A stretch of DNA of 63,974 nt, the filler included, from Olpidium bornovanus S191 (Eukaryota; Fungi; Olpidiomycota): assembly GCA_017911155.1 (NCBI GenBank). It is 27 parts of 27 records of this genome, joined end to end, with 100 filler letters (N's around TTAATTAATTAA, not from the genome) between each part and the next. Parts side by side here need not be neighbours in the genome. Positions count along the whole stretch, not along the records: positions 46,742 to 48,956 come from JAEFCI010001897.1; positions 49,057 to 51,249 come from JAEFCI010009584.1; positions 51,350 to 53,453 come from JAEFCI010011601.1; positions 53,554 to 55,774 come from JAEFCI010007991.1; positions 55,875 to 58,242 come from JAEFCI010008497.1; positions 58,343 to 61,209 come from JAEFCI010001821.1; 21 more parts are not named here. The stretch is one strand, 5' to 3'. Position 1 is the stretch's first letter. Each line of letters opens with the position of its first letter. The notes below the pieces were generated by a model. It was not told where the DNA came from. It searched no databases and saw nothing but the letters and a program-made list of their open reading frames with translations. The translations under genes and the position numbers were made by a program. Below are positions 46,742 through 58,441 of the stretch, in pieces.

Positions 46742-47081
46742 CATGCGGTCGAATGTGAGTTAGTGGCGTCGTCGAATGCTGCTGTCTTCCGCCGACACCC
46801 GTTTGCTGACAGTTTCGCTTCTTTGTATGGAACCGCGGCCTGATGACCAGGACATCGTCGACGTCTACTCGACCGATGAGCCCCAAACCGTTTTCCATCA
46901 GCGGATACAGTTCTGCCTCAAGCATCACAACGACTTCATCCGGGCGATGCGATTCCCAAAAGATGCCCACCGCAAGGTCCTTGAGGCGGTGAAGAAATCC
47001 GGGGAGAGGATGCGCGAGATAGAGCAGGAGATAGAGGAGGCGGAGGGGGGCGTTGACGGGGACAACATGGATGATTTTTAA
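46742..47081 (+). CDS. RPN3: 26S proteasome lid subunit Rpn3, C-terminal exon (5' partial)
   Basis: DVYSTDEPQTVFHQRIQFCLKHHNDFIRAMRFP..ERMREIEQE..MDDF*. Confidence 0.9.
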
Positions 47082-49056
47082 GAAGGCGACAACGGACCGT
47101 TTTTCGCGTTTACATATCCGAGTATCGTGGTGCAGCTGGCTGGGGCAGAAATGGGGTAGCGCTCCCCAATCTCCGCTTGCATACAAAGCGGTAATGGCGC
47201 ATACTAGTAAACGCGCAACACCTATCGACCCGTGCGACGATCTCTACTGCCGCCAGTTTTGGGACCAGACGATAAAAAGGGTCTGATGCACCTGACGCGC
47301 ATTCAGCCATTGCAAAACCTCCCGTAATTGCGGCACTGACGGGGAAGGGGACACGAGCGCGGAGGGAGAGCTGTCGCGTCGCGGGAGTTCCTGTTGGTCC
47401 GCGTTTGCCCCATTTTGCCCAGCCAGGGATCACAGATGTACTTTACTGCAATCTCAAGAGCCATTCTTACGGGCCAAGCGCCGATAAACTCTGCTTGCTT
47501 TTTGGGTTAACGCCAGAGCGTCGGCGCGTCGGCGAATTCCAGGGCTTGTCAGAGCGCACGTGGCAACGCGAGAGGGCGACGTCGAAAACAGGGCCCGCCC
47601 CATTTGCAGGGCCCAGGCGAAACAGCGGCGCGCTTGCTCTGATCAACCCTGGCGGCAGTTCCAGGGCCCGCGAAAGAGAACCGACCGCAGGCGGAGCCCA
47701 CCCGAAAGCGGCGCACGTCGCTGCGGCGCTTTTGGCCCGTAGATCGTTTTTCTCTCTTGTTGCGCACTTGAAGCGGCGCAAGACGGGGGCGCCTCCCAAG
47801 AACACTGGAACCTCTTAAGAGATATGGCGAAGCAGTCTCGAGGAACGGACAAACACTTGTCCCAAACGCCGTCGCTCGAAGCCAGCGTTAACGATGTGAG
47901 AGAGAGGCGTTGTTGGCCTTTTGGGGGCTGCTCTGAGTTCACCTCGGTCAACCCCCTTCCCCTCACTTGCCGCGCATGCCAAAGGGGGCCTGGCGTGCGT
48001 TCGTGTTGGGCCTGTACCTGGAGGTGCCGGCGGCTGCTCCGCTCGAGCAGATGCTCCCGTGGCTGGATTCCTTCTACGATTATGTGGACTCGGGAATACG
48101 CGAGCGCTTTTCTGTGATATCGCTCAGCGGCCTCACGGAATGGGTAAGATTGCAGCAAAGAGTAACCACCGTGACAGCCACACCGGCGGGAACCTTGGTC
48201 CGACAGTACTTTTTCTCGTCCGGAACCATGCTGCCTTGCAGGCGAACGAGAATTTTCGGACGCACGAAGCCTGCAAAGAATTAAAATCCGCCGTTGAAAG
48301 TGGGACCGCGCCGTCAGACCTGCCTGCTACGCTGATGGCGAGGGTCGTCAAATCGTACATGCTTGCTTCAAAAGTGGCTGCCTTTGATGCGAGAAACCAA
48401 ACCACAGCGGTGCGTACAGTTCCTGCAGCGGGAAAACCTCAGCAAACGCAAATGGCGTTCGTTCTCATTCTCTTACGAGCAGGGCGTCGAAGAAACGTTT
48501 GAGGCGGAAAATGACGGGAAGCGTAAGGAACTGGCATCCCGTCAGGAGAAAGACAAGGATGTCAAGCCAGCGGAAAAGAACGCGGATAAAGACCGGTCAA
48601 AATCGGGGAAAAAATTAACCCCTCCAAAACGTCGGTGCAAGCGGTGCCCCCCGGGTTCTACATGCGCAATTTTCAGCTAACCGTCTGTAAACCAACTACG
48701 TTTTGTAAAACAATACAAAAGCTCCCGGAAAACCGGCTGAATTTTCTTCTCGCCGGCAATCGTTGACTGCCGGTCCTGAAGATGTCACGCATAACCGGCG
48801 GCTAAAGCTGCGCGACCGAGCCGTGGCAAGGGTTCCAGAAAAGGCAATATCCATAGGTAATTTCCGGTCGTTCTGAGAAAATTTCAACTGTGGGCAGCAT
48901 ACGGCCGGAGTTGTTGCCTTTTTTCTTCAATTTTCTCAACCCAAGCAACTTCATGANNNNNNNNNNNNNNNNNNNNNNNNNNNNNNNNNNNNNNNNNNNN
49001 TTAATTAATTAANNNNNNNNNNNNNNNNNNNNNNNNNNNNNNNNNNNNNNNNNNNN

Positions 49057-50164
49057 CATGGAACAACCGTCCTTGCGGCCGAGAAGCTCGGCTAGAATTG
49101 CGGTGGCAGAGCGGCCACGAGTGTAGGTGAAACCGTGACACCTGTACGCCGTGATGATGGCATCTTCGCGTGTAAGCGCCGTTTCCATTCCAACGGGGAT
49201 AGCTTCCTACCGTGCAACAAGACCGTCAGCATCCTCAGGACCCTCACCGGCTTTCATACGGCCGCGACGAAAGATACCTCACCTGTCCAGTGCACAGATG
49301 GCAAAACCCGCGAATCATTTTCGCTTTGTACAGGGCGTCAGCAGCCATCTCGAGCCGCCGCGTAGTTACCATAGTGCCGTACAGGTCGAGCAGCTCGCCA
49401 ACGGTCAATTCCACTTCGCCAGGAGGCGCAGTGTCGAGTTTGTAGGTCGCGAAGCTGTTTTCTGGATGAACGACAGTGACTTTCTTGTTGAGATCGATGC
49501 CATCTGCGTATTTAGCGAACTTGGGATGGTTCTTGTCTTCATTCCAGTCGGCAATGGCTAGCGCTTGGGAGCTAACAGAGAAATTTGCCTGGAGCGGAAA
49601 GGGGCATAACGCATAAACAGACGAGGCAAAAAGATCGTCAATTCCGGAAGGTGCCAGGAAATATAACTCCAAACATCCACAGGTACAGGGTCAATACCGA
49701 AGCAGACGAGGTCCAACAAGTTTTCAGACTCCGGGTGTTTGCGTGTCGCATTTCACCTCCCCGCATTCGCAATCTCCAACGGGACTGCTACGCTGGACAA
49801 CGGTTTCTCGCGGGCACAAGAGTTTCTGCAGAACCACTATAGTCGCGGGCATTCTACGTTTCGATTTAAACTTCCCGGGTGCCGGCCGAGCGCCCGGCAA
49901 CGATAGCCGGCACAGCCCGGAGTCTCGCCGATGTGCGGCAACAAGTCATCGTTTCGCTCGCTCCGACGCGTAACGGACCGACAAAAGCCCCGCGCTGCTT
50001 CTACGGCGGCGCCGGGGGGGGGGCGGCCAAGGGGGCGTGTGGCGGGACCGCCGCCGACGGCGGGGGCGCGTATTCGTTTTGTAACTCACCCTCAGAGCGG
50101 CGGAGGGCAACCTCCTCGAGCTTGCGGCGACGGCGACGGCGGAGCAAAGACGGGAGGCCAACAT
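49057..50164 (-). CDS. PDA1: Pyruvate dehydrogenase E1 alpha, N-terminal half (3' partial)
   Basis: Presequence-like MLASRLCSAVAVAASSRRL..; RRLEMAADALYKAKMIRGFCHLCTGQ|EAIPVGME..DA[+1]IITAYRCHGFTYTRG..LAELLGRKDGCS. Confidence 0.93.
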
Positions 50165-50275
50165 GGTGCTGCTTGCTCCTCCGATCTGGCTATATCGTTT
50201 TGACGGGGCAGAACGGAGCTGGATGATGATGGCGGCGGGAGGGAGTGCGGGGAGGGAGCGGGAGGCGGGCGGGGG

Positions 50276-50317
50276 GGGGGGGGGGGGGGGGAAAAGAGGG
50301 GGGGGGGGGGGGGGGAA

Positions 50318-50388
<71 letters not shown>
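50276..50388. repeat. Long poly(G) tract (others at ~51570-51612 C, ~54611-54683 C, ~62803-62869 G)
   Basis: About 110 nt almost purely G; several such tracts lie at or near contig ends. Confidence 0.9.
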
Positions 50389-50389
<1 letters not shown>

Positions 50390-51571
50390 CGAAGGAAAAG
50401 AAGGTCGAGGTCGGGGGAGAAAAGAGCGGGCAGGGGGGGGGGGAACTTGGCTGGTCCGCAGCCACACACACACACACACCCCGCCCCCACGCTGACACTA
50501 ACCACTGATAGTTTCACAAGGTAGCATCTGTGATCCGCGATTGCTGACCACGGCGCCGATCGCAGTGCAGGTGGGGACGGAGAGTAGAGGGGCGCGAAAT
50601 GCACAGCAGCTCGGCCAGGGCGCGCAGGCTGCGCGTCGAGTGCGGAGGGACGCAGAGTTCTGGGTGGGGTGGGCTGCTCCCACAGTAAGGACAGTCGACG
50701 GGACGTAGGCCGTGACGTCCGAGGGTGATGGGAGGGCCCAGGAAGAGGCACCGGAGGGCGGTGATGCCACATTGGAAGATTCCTGCGGACCAAGACTGAG
50801 CGTTTATTCTGCTAGGTGCTGCGCACGCCGTCCGAGCACGCAGTCGGCAGCGACGTCAAATCAGAGACGGCGATCATCTCACGTCCCGCTCCGGCCGCAC
50901 CCCTTCGAGGAGTATCCCCTAGCCGTTTATCCTGAAAAGTATAAGCCGGAGAAAGGTCCTTTGACACGGAGAAATTGGGGGGGGGGGGGGGGGGGAGGGA
51001 AGGCGGTGAAGTATGGCCACTCTTGGTTAACGTAACAGTATTCAGCGGCTGACTCTGGCGAAACAGCCCGTTATCCGGTTCGCCTGGAGGCACTGCAGCG
51101 ACCTCCTCCAACTTCTCGCAAATTCAGCTTGTAAAATGTAAGAGTTATGGCAGGAAGTTGGGATTATGCTCCCATGACCGTGACTAGCTGGAAGGATGCC
51201 TGTGATGCGATCTGAGCGGTGGAGCGGGTCACTCGGAATGCGCCCGGGGNNNNNNNNNNNNNNNNNNNNNNNNNNNNNNNNNNNNNNNNNNNNTTAATTA
51301 ATTAANNNNNNNNNNNNNNNNNNNNNNNNNNNNNNNNNNNNNNNNNNNNATATGGCTTCCGGCACATTGCAGCACTCTAGTGTGTGGGACTGGGAATCGT
51401 GCTACGAGATGGTTAACTGATCGTGATCGCTTGCAGCATACTACAGCATGGTCAACTCGTTGTTTTTGCGGACGGTTTGGGCCACGTGACATCCAAGCTT
51501 GGGGAGGACTCTCCGGTTGTGTGTTTTTTTTTTTTTTTTTCCCTTTTTTTCCGCGCCAACCGCCCCCGGTT

Positions 51572-51614
<43 letters not shown>

Positions 51615-52019
51615 TATCTCCTCTTTCCCCCCATCCCCCTATTTAAAACCGCGGATCAGGATAGTTTGTAGTTCTTTCCCGTAAAAAGCCCGCGTTCGGT
51701 CGGACGAACGGAATCCGTCGCGCGCATAATTGATTTTTTTTTCTTTTTGACAGTGAAAGAGAAGGAGAGGGACGAAGCGGACAAAGCTCGGCGGGCCACG
51801 GCCGTTTCCCTGCCCCTCCTCTCCCCCCCCTCCTTCTCCCCACGGAACATCAGGACATTTCTTTTCTTTCCTTTGCAAAAGAGAAAGTTCCTGAGAATTA
51901 CCGGGGCGCGTCCGCAGAGGCCGCGGTTGTACGAGTAACTGCGCTGGCTGACGAGGCAAGCGCAACCCCAAAATCTGGCGGTCAAAAAAGGGTCTAATCA
52001 CGTCATTGTGAATCTGAAG

Positions 52020-52181
52020 CGCAAAGGGTTAACGTTTGTCCCGGACAGGGCGCAACTCTCCTTGGCGTGGAACTGAGCAGAGCAGGAACTGGGCGCCGTT
52101 CGCAAAGGGTTAACGTTCGTCCCGGACAGGGCGCAACTCTCCTTGGCGTGGAACTGAGCCGAGCAGGAACTGGGCGCCGTT
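52020..52181. repeat. 81-bp tandem duplication (2 copies)
   Basis: CGCAAAGGGTTAACGTT(T/C)GTCCCGGACAGGGCGCAACTC...GGCGCCGTT at 52020 and 52101. Confidence 0.95.
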
Positions 52182-52732
52182 TCCATTTTCTTTCTTTAAT
52201 TTTTTTTTTTATTACCTTTCGGCCACGTTCCCGCCATTGCAAATCTGCGGTGCCTAGCCAGGAACACCGCGGCACTGCCCAACAACAGAGCGCGTCGAGC
52301 GGCGAAGCAGCAAAATTTCCTGTTGAGACGAAGCGGCGTCTTCCGGACGCGGCAGCAGTAGCTCGGCACGAGAAATTTCGCGACGGCAGCGGGGGAAGAG
52401 GGGGTGGGAAGGAGGGAAGGTGGGGGGGGCGGTAGTGTGGCAAAGGACGGGGAGGGAGCTCGCAGCACAGGCAGAGGACAGAAGGTCGCGACGATAACGC
52501 GCGTCCTTTCTTTTTTTTTTTTTGTTTTGTTTCGCCGTGATTAAATGAGCTTTCCGCATTGGCAATCCGATGGTAACGCGACGGAGGTCGCACCCGTCGA
52601 TTCGCGACACGGCACGTTAAAACGAAAAGGCCAGAATTCTAAAATTGCTTCTTTTTGTTTGCTGGTCCGGAGGCTTCGCCGCAGTCCAACTCAAGAGTCG
52701 TTGTCTAAAAAAATGGCTAAGACGGGCAAAAA

Positions 52733-53453
52733 TCATCCATTCCGCAGCGCGAGCGACTGGCTGCCCGCCCTCTGCGCCGTCGCGGACGACGCCGTCGTCC
52801 GTGCCGGTTTTTGCACAGTCCTCGCGAGCGGCGCCTCGTTCTCCTTCGCGCCGGCCAGCCTGCGCGCCTCCGACGGTGAAGCTGCGCGCTGGCCGGCCGG
52901 CGCCCTTGCTGGCGTCGCCACGCCGGGCGCGCCGGCGGTCTTCCTCATTGCCGCCCGCGGGTAGGCAGGCCCGCTCGACAAAGCGGCCGCCCGCGCCGCC
53001 GGCATCGTCCCCTGCGTCTCCGCGCCCAGCGCGCCGGCGGCCTTCTTCATCGCCGAACGCGGATAGGTCGTCGCGCTCGGCACCGAGGAGCCAACGGAGC
53101 TGATAGTCGCGGATCTCGAAATCGAGCTCGCAAGAGGCGACGGCGCGTGGACCGCGTATGGACCCACCGACCTGTTGATCCTGGACGCGGTGGAGGCCGG
53201 CGGTGTCCCACCGATGGTTTCCGTCTCCATGACAATGCTTGGCTTTTCGCCACCCCGGATTGCCGAGACGTCCGGCCGGCGTGCGGAGGACGAGGAGGAA
53301 GCGCGTGGCGTCGAGCCTTTGCTGGCGGAGGGCATGAACGCCGAGTCGAAAACGGACGAGCCCACGTCGTCCCCCGCTTCCGAGTTCTGCTCGAACACCC
53401 GTTCCTCCACGGAAAACCCGCGAACTCGCCGATCCGTCGAAACCGTTCGCTGA
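52733..53453 (-). CDS. Hypothetical Ser/Ala/Pro-rich basic disordered protein fragment
   Basis: Open frame of about 240 codons with an internal repeat YPRSAMKKAAG / YPRAAMRKTAG and a KEN motif. Confidence 0.4.
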
Positions 53454-53639
53454 NNNNNNNNNNNNNNNNNNNNNNNNNNNNNNNNNNNNNNNNNNNNTTA
53501 ATTAATTAANNNNNNNNNNNNNNNNNNNNNNNNNNNNNNNNNNNNNNNNNNNNTCATTGAGATTTTGTATGGAGCTCATATGAGAAAACCTGACATTTGG
53601 CTGCCTCATCAATGATGTCATTGCATACTTTAGGCTCAA

Positions 53640-54540
53640 AAATCTTGTAGCTGCTGTACCGTATTATCGCATGAGTATATCAATATCCATCAGAGCACTG
53701 GTCGGTATCCGTCTATGAGATTTGTGCTTCTTAATGGCATGTTCAGCAGCTTTTCCAGTCACACCAGAGCGGTAAGCATCCATGTAGCGGCACGCATGAC
53801 GAGCATACCGACGGATTTCCTCCACAGAAACGTCAGAAAGTGACCGCGGTACCTACGGAGTGTGTGGCAAAACATTATGTTAATGATGTTGACTTGCTGA
53901 TTGCGCAAATTTGGACACCAAACAATACCGACCATTTCACACAACCCGGAATAAGTGTAATCGCAATTGTCTCGTGTGCGGCGCTTGACAGAACCCCAGA
54001 AGTTTTCGATGTAGTTGAGCTCACAATGGAATTTTGGGTAAAAAATAATTTTGTGCCCACGTGCCGTTATCACTTCCTCGAGCAAACACTTCTAAGCTTT
54101 AAAATTGGGCTGATTATCCATGACGTTTCGAGCACAGCACGCGTCATCTTCTCCACAGGGTTTTTTTTTTGTTCTTGCATTCAAGGCGCAACCCTGGTTG
54201 CCAAAGTCTTTGCTCTTCGAGCTCAATTTTTATCCCTTTCGGGTTTGCCATACGGAAGCTGTGGATCATTTGACGGGAAGCACATCTCTTGGCGGACGCC
54301 ATTACCGAAAACTATTGCTCGCACTGCTTTCCACCTCGCCCGAGATTCATGATTAGCTGGGCACGGAGTGCATCTTCTGCAAATGCTGCATGACTTGTTG
54401 CATTGTCGAAAGCAAACAATGCTTGAGCATGAGGGAAACGGCACTCAAAAATCGGAATTGCCCTGTTCATGACTTGGTCAACAAGATCGTCAGAAGTCCA
54501 CCATCCGTCATGATTTTTACCCGGTTTCGTGATCACGCAA
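53640..54540 (-). mobile_element. Degenerate IS630/Tc1/mariner-like DDE transposase
   Basis: ITKPGKNHDGWWTSDDLVDQV..AIPIFE..QALFAFDNATSH; GHKIIFYPKFHCELNYIENFWGSVKR; RYMDAYRSGVTGKAAEHAIKKHKSHRRI; interrupted by stops and frameshifts. Confidence 0.85.
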
Positions 54541-54611
54541 TAAAATCAACATAATATAGAAATAAAATAATCAGCTAGCAAACGCGTGGGGTGCGTCTTC
54601 GTATCAGACGC

Positions 54612-54642
<31 letters not shown>

Positions 54643-54648
54643 CCCCCC

Positions 54649-54684
<36 letters not shown>

Positions 54685-54701
54685 TTGCGGCCACAGAAAC
54701 A

Positions 54702-54770
54702 CTCAATCCTAACTCGCTTACCCTTTACACTAACCCTAAACCACTAACCGTAAACCACCAATCCTAACGT
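54702..54770 (+). repeat. Degenerate CCCTAA-like repeats
   Basis: ATCCTAAC, ACTAACCCTAAACCACTAACCGTAAACC, ATCCTAAC; short and imperfect. Confidence 0.5.
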
Positions 54771-55339
54771 GACCATTACCGGAAAGTAGATTTCAACATC
54801 AGATCCCGACCATCGCCCGTACGTACCTGTTTAGACAAAAAAAAACAATGGGCTGTGGAGCCGCGTTCATATTCCCTCTGCGATAGGTTTGCCGACCGCG
54901 GAGTTAGTAGACGTTATCGAAGCACCATGATTTAATCAATGAACAAGCCAGGTCAGCCAGAGCTCGACAAATGCGACGCCGGCGATTGCCGCAATGAGGT
55001 GAAGAGGACGATGATCAGATCTGATTAGGGTTTAAACCAATATAGTTTTAACTATTATATTTTATATTATCAATATTATTTGTAATTACAGGGTAATAGT
55101 CACATATGTCGGTATATCAATGACATGAAGAAAATACTGTGAGTAAACTTTGTAATACCATTTACATAGTATCTATAATTATTGTACAGTGTAATAGTCA
55201 CATATGTAAGTATAGCAATGACCTGAGTATAGTATTTACTATTATCAATAGAATCTGTAATACTAATTCATATAGTAACTACAAATACTGTTATAATACA
55301 TATTAATATCGATCTTATAATAATACTAATATATGTAAA

Positions 55340-55370
55340 CTAGCTGTTCGGCCGGCCCTCCGGCCCGGCC
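55340..55370 (-). mobile_element. Helitron-like 3' terminus
   Basis: Minus strand GGCCGGGCC-GGAG-GGCCGGCC hairpin, GAACAG, then CTAG followed by T, at a sharp GC-rich/AT-rich boundary. Confidence 0.55.
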
Positions 55371-55874
55371 TGCACAACTGGCAGCGTACGCGGCGACCAA
55401 AAATTGGGGAGGCGCGCGGGAGCTAGAGGTAACGGTAGAGTAGGGGTGGGTGTAGGGGAGATGGGGGTGGCCGGTGGTGAGTTCGTCTAACCGGTCGTCG
55501 GTGCCGGCGGGGAGTTGTGTTTACCGGGGGCTGCGGCAGCGCCGGTGAGGGGGGGTGGCGCTATTTCGAGGGGGGGGGGGCTACCACCGCCGGCGAGTTG
55601 GGGGACCGCCTGCGACAACACCCGGGCGGCGCAGTCCGCCACTCTGGACCACACGGCGGCGGCGCGGCGGCACAGCCCGTGACAGAGAGCGCACAGCAAC
55701 GGACACCGCCGGCGCAGCATAGGAGCGCGCGCGGCAAAGTACACGGCCGGCACAGCGCAGGAGGGCGCGCAGCANNNNNNNNNNNNNNNNNNNNNNNNNN
55801 NNNNNNNNNNNNNNNNNNTTAATTAATTAANNNNNNNNNNNNNNNNNNNNNNNNNNNNNNNNNNNNNNNNNNNN

Positions 55875-56940
55875 CATGTGGCTCTCAAGGGCGGGCGCAC
55901 CCGCAGGAAGCGGCTCCACGGTGACGAGCAGGAGCTCCTGGTTCCTTTCGGCTGGCTGCAACTGCTTCGCCAACTCGTGGTAGCTGGCATATCCCCGTTG
56001 GCTGTATTGCTCCGCCAAGACAGCACTCCCCACTGGGAGTGACGTCAGAGTCCGTTCGATCATATCGCTCTCGGCGACCTGCTCTCCGCGGAGGCATAAG
56101 GTCAGGACTATCTCGTGGAGCCTCGCGTCGTACTTTTGATGGACCTGAAGTTCATCACCGGCAAGTTGAGCAGGTCGTGTTTCGCCTACCGGAGCAGGAT
56201 TACACGACGGTTGTCGAACCTCGCTTTGAGCGTACCCCAAAGGGCGGCGGGGTCCTTCTTAAGGACGTAATGAGTCTGAAGCTTGTGGTCCACGTGGTGG
56301 ACCAGAAGGTTCAGCACGCGGGCCAGCTGGGTGGGCGTGCATGCCTCCGGGCCACGGCTCCCCGGGGGGTGGCGACTGCCATGTCCACTTCCTGAGCCGT
56401 CAGGTGGGACTGGGCATGCTGAGTCCACGAGAGATAGTTGCTGCCATCTGCAGCAAGAGTGGGGAAGAGGAGAGGGGCGAGGCGCGAGGAGGGGGAAGAG
56501 TCGTAAGCCATCAGAAAGGTCGGAAGTTAAAAAATAAGCGAGCAGGGGAAAGTTTCTGGACAGTAGCAGGGGACAGGAAGAACTTAGAAACACGCATTTT
56601 CTCGTTCAGCTTCTCGGCAAGGGCGAGGCGAACGGGCGTCGGCGGCGAGGCGGCGCCGGAGGCGCACACGGCGGAGCACAGGCACGCTCGGCGGACGAAC
56701 GACGGGAGAGCGGCGGCGGCAGCGGCGGCGGCGGCTGCGCGGCGGATGGCACTTCCCGGTGGCGCGCAGGCGCGGCGAGCAGGCAGCAGCGGGAGAGCGG
56801 AATGGTGCTGATAACGTGTTACAGAGGTATTCTGCTTTCCGTCTTCCTTCCTCTCTCTTTCCTTGTTTGCGGTTCGACGGCGGGAGGGAGAAGCCCAGGG
56901 GAGCTCCCCTCCCGGTCTTGGTTTGTGCACAGGCGAAACA
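55875..56940 (-). mobile_element. Bianca-like copia 5' part, copy 2 (gag frameshifted, cut by contig end)
   Basis: LTR TGTT(56940)...AACA(56817), PBS cgTTATCAGCAC (56805-56816), gag ATG 56511 MAYDSSPSSRLAP..GYASYHELAKQLQPAERNQELL. LTR core, PBS and gag are closely similar to 13898-15238. Confidence 0.88.
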
Positions 56941-57539
56941 TTCACTAAAACAAGGGCTGGACACGCCGTTGGCGCCGCAAGGCGGTCACGACGGCGACGG
57001 TTCCCAACCCCGTTCCGCCTCCCCCCCCCCTCTCTCCCACCCACCGTCTGCCAAACTCGGTACGGTGAAGAAGGCTTTACCTGACGGCGGCATGCCTTCG
57101 CCTGCCACCACATATAGAGGCCCGTTCCCCGGGGCCGCCTCTCCACAAAACGGTGGTGAGTCGGCATGTCGACGAAGGAACTTAGACCGAGGCTTTCCGC
57201 ATAACGAAATAAGGACGCGGAAGACGGGAATGCAACGATTGTAGCGGTGATCCTGGCGCCGCGCGAGTGCGGAAGGAGGCCTCGCTACGTCGCACAAAAT
57301 GACCGAGAAGCCGGTGTCCCGGAAATGGTCAACGCTGGCGGCAAGGCCAACCGGCGGCCACGAGGACCAAAAAAAAAAATTCCGTCCACAGGGCATGCCG
57401 GACCCTTTTCCAGAAGGCTTGTATCATCGATCGACAAAAGCACCTGGACGGAAAGAAGATCGCACTAACCGGAAGAGACTGCGATGAAATACTTGCCTTG
57501 CCGCGTTGCGGCGCTCGCCGGCACAATGGAACATGACAC

Positions 57540-58092
57540 AGTCAGCGAGGTAACCGGAACGTCAGCAGAGCCGGGTAGTAACGTTGCTGGCGGAGAAAAA
57601 GAGGAAAGGAAGGGACGGCCGCGGCTGCGTGGGAAAGGCGGCCGGGCCAGAGTTCGTCGGCCCAGAAATGCCACTGTGCGCGTTCCTCTTGCGTCAGAGG
57701 CTTTGGGAGCCATTCGATACAGGATTCGCTGCAAAGATTCACTTCGAGATTCGCTTCCGGACAGATCCGCAGGGTTTCTCTGAACCAGGATTTTGCCGCA
57801 GGGTTTGATTGGCAAGATCCACCGCAGAAATACAGTTCCGGATTATTTTGGCGCAAACCAGAACGCTGAGGGCGGCCCTGGGCGCCGACTTTGCGGGAGC
57901 AAAGAGCTCACCAAGGCGTAGTGAATTCTGCGTGTCGTGGCCCTCCCGCCGTCGACTACGGGATTCTCCGCCCACCGCTAGCTGCGTGTGTTTGTGTGTG
58001 AGAGAGAGACAAGAAATATTCCCGCGGACGCAGGCGGCCGGTTCGACGAAAACTGACCCACGCATGTCGCCGGGCCGAAAGTCAGCCGGCAT
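57540..58092 (-). CDS. Possible WD40-repeat protein N-terminus (WDR24/Sea2-like, tentative)
   Basis: MPADFRPGDMRGSVF..GNISCLSLTHKHTQLAVGGE followed by a GT donor; downstream exons unresolved. Confidence 0.3.
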
Positions 58093-58441
58093 GGTGGGAG
58101 AGAGGGAGGAAGGAGGGGAAGGGGGGGGGGGTAACGGTGGGAAGTGGAGGGCCAAGGGCCAGACCGGCGGCACCGCCCTCGCCACCCACAAATCGGGTGC
58201 CCCCCCCCCCCCCCCCCCCACGGGCCCAGGGGGGCCGGGGGCNNNNNNNNNNNNNNNNNNNNNNNNNNNNNNNNNNNNNNNNNNNNTTAATTAATTAANN
58301 NNNNNNNNNNNNNNNNNNNNNNNNNNNNNNNNNNNNNNNNNNCATGGACAGAGAAACCAATATCGGAGCCTGGCTCTGGTAGGGCAGGCATCCGGGCGGC
58401 GGCGCCTTTCGCAGAGAAATTCGCACACGAGGATGCTTTCA

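Noticed and set aside
47900-48680. Gag-like ORF remnants ending in CKRC
   Set aside because: No complete CCHC knuckle, PBS or LTR recognised; left unannotated.
50276-50388. Poly(G)/poly(C) tracts as functional G-quadruplex elements or polyproline exons
   Set aside because: Lengths are unreliable and many lie at contig ends; cannot be separated from sequencing artefacts without reads.
52020-52181. Direct repeats (also 7016-7259, 18337-18655) as a CRISPR-like array
   Set aside because: Two abutting copies with no unique spacers, no cas genes, eukaryotic context.
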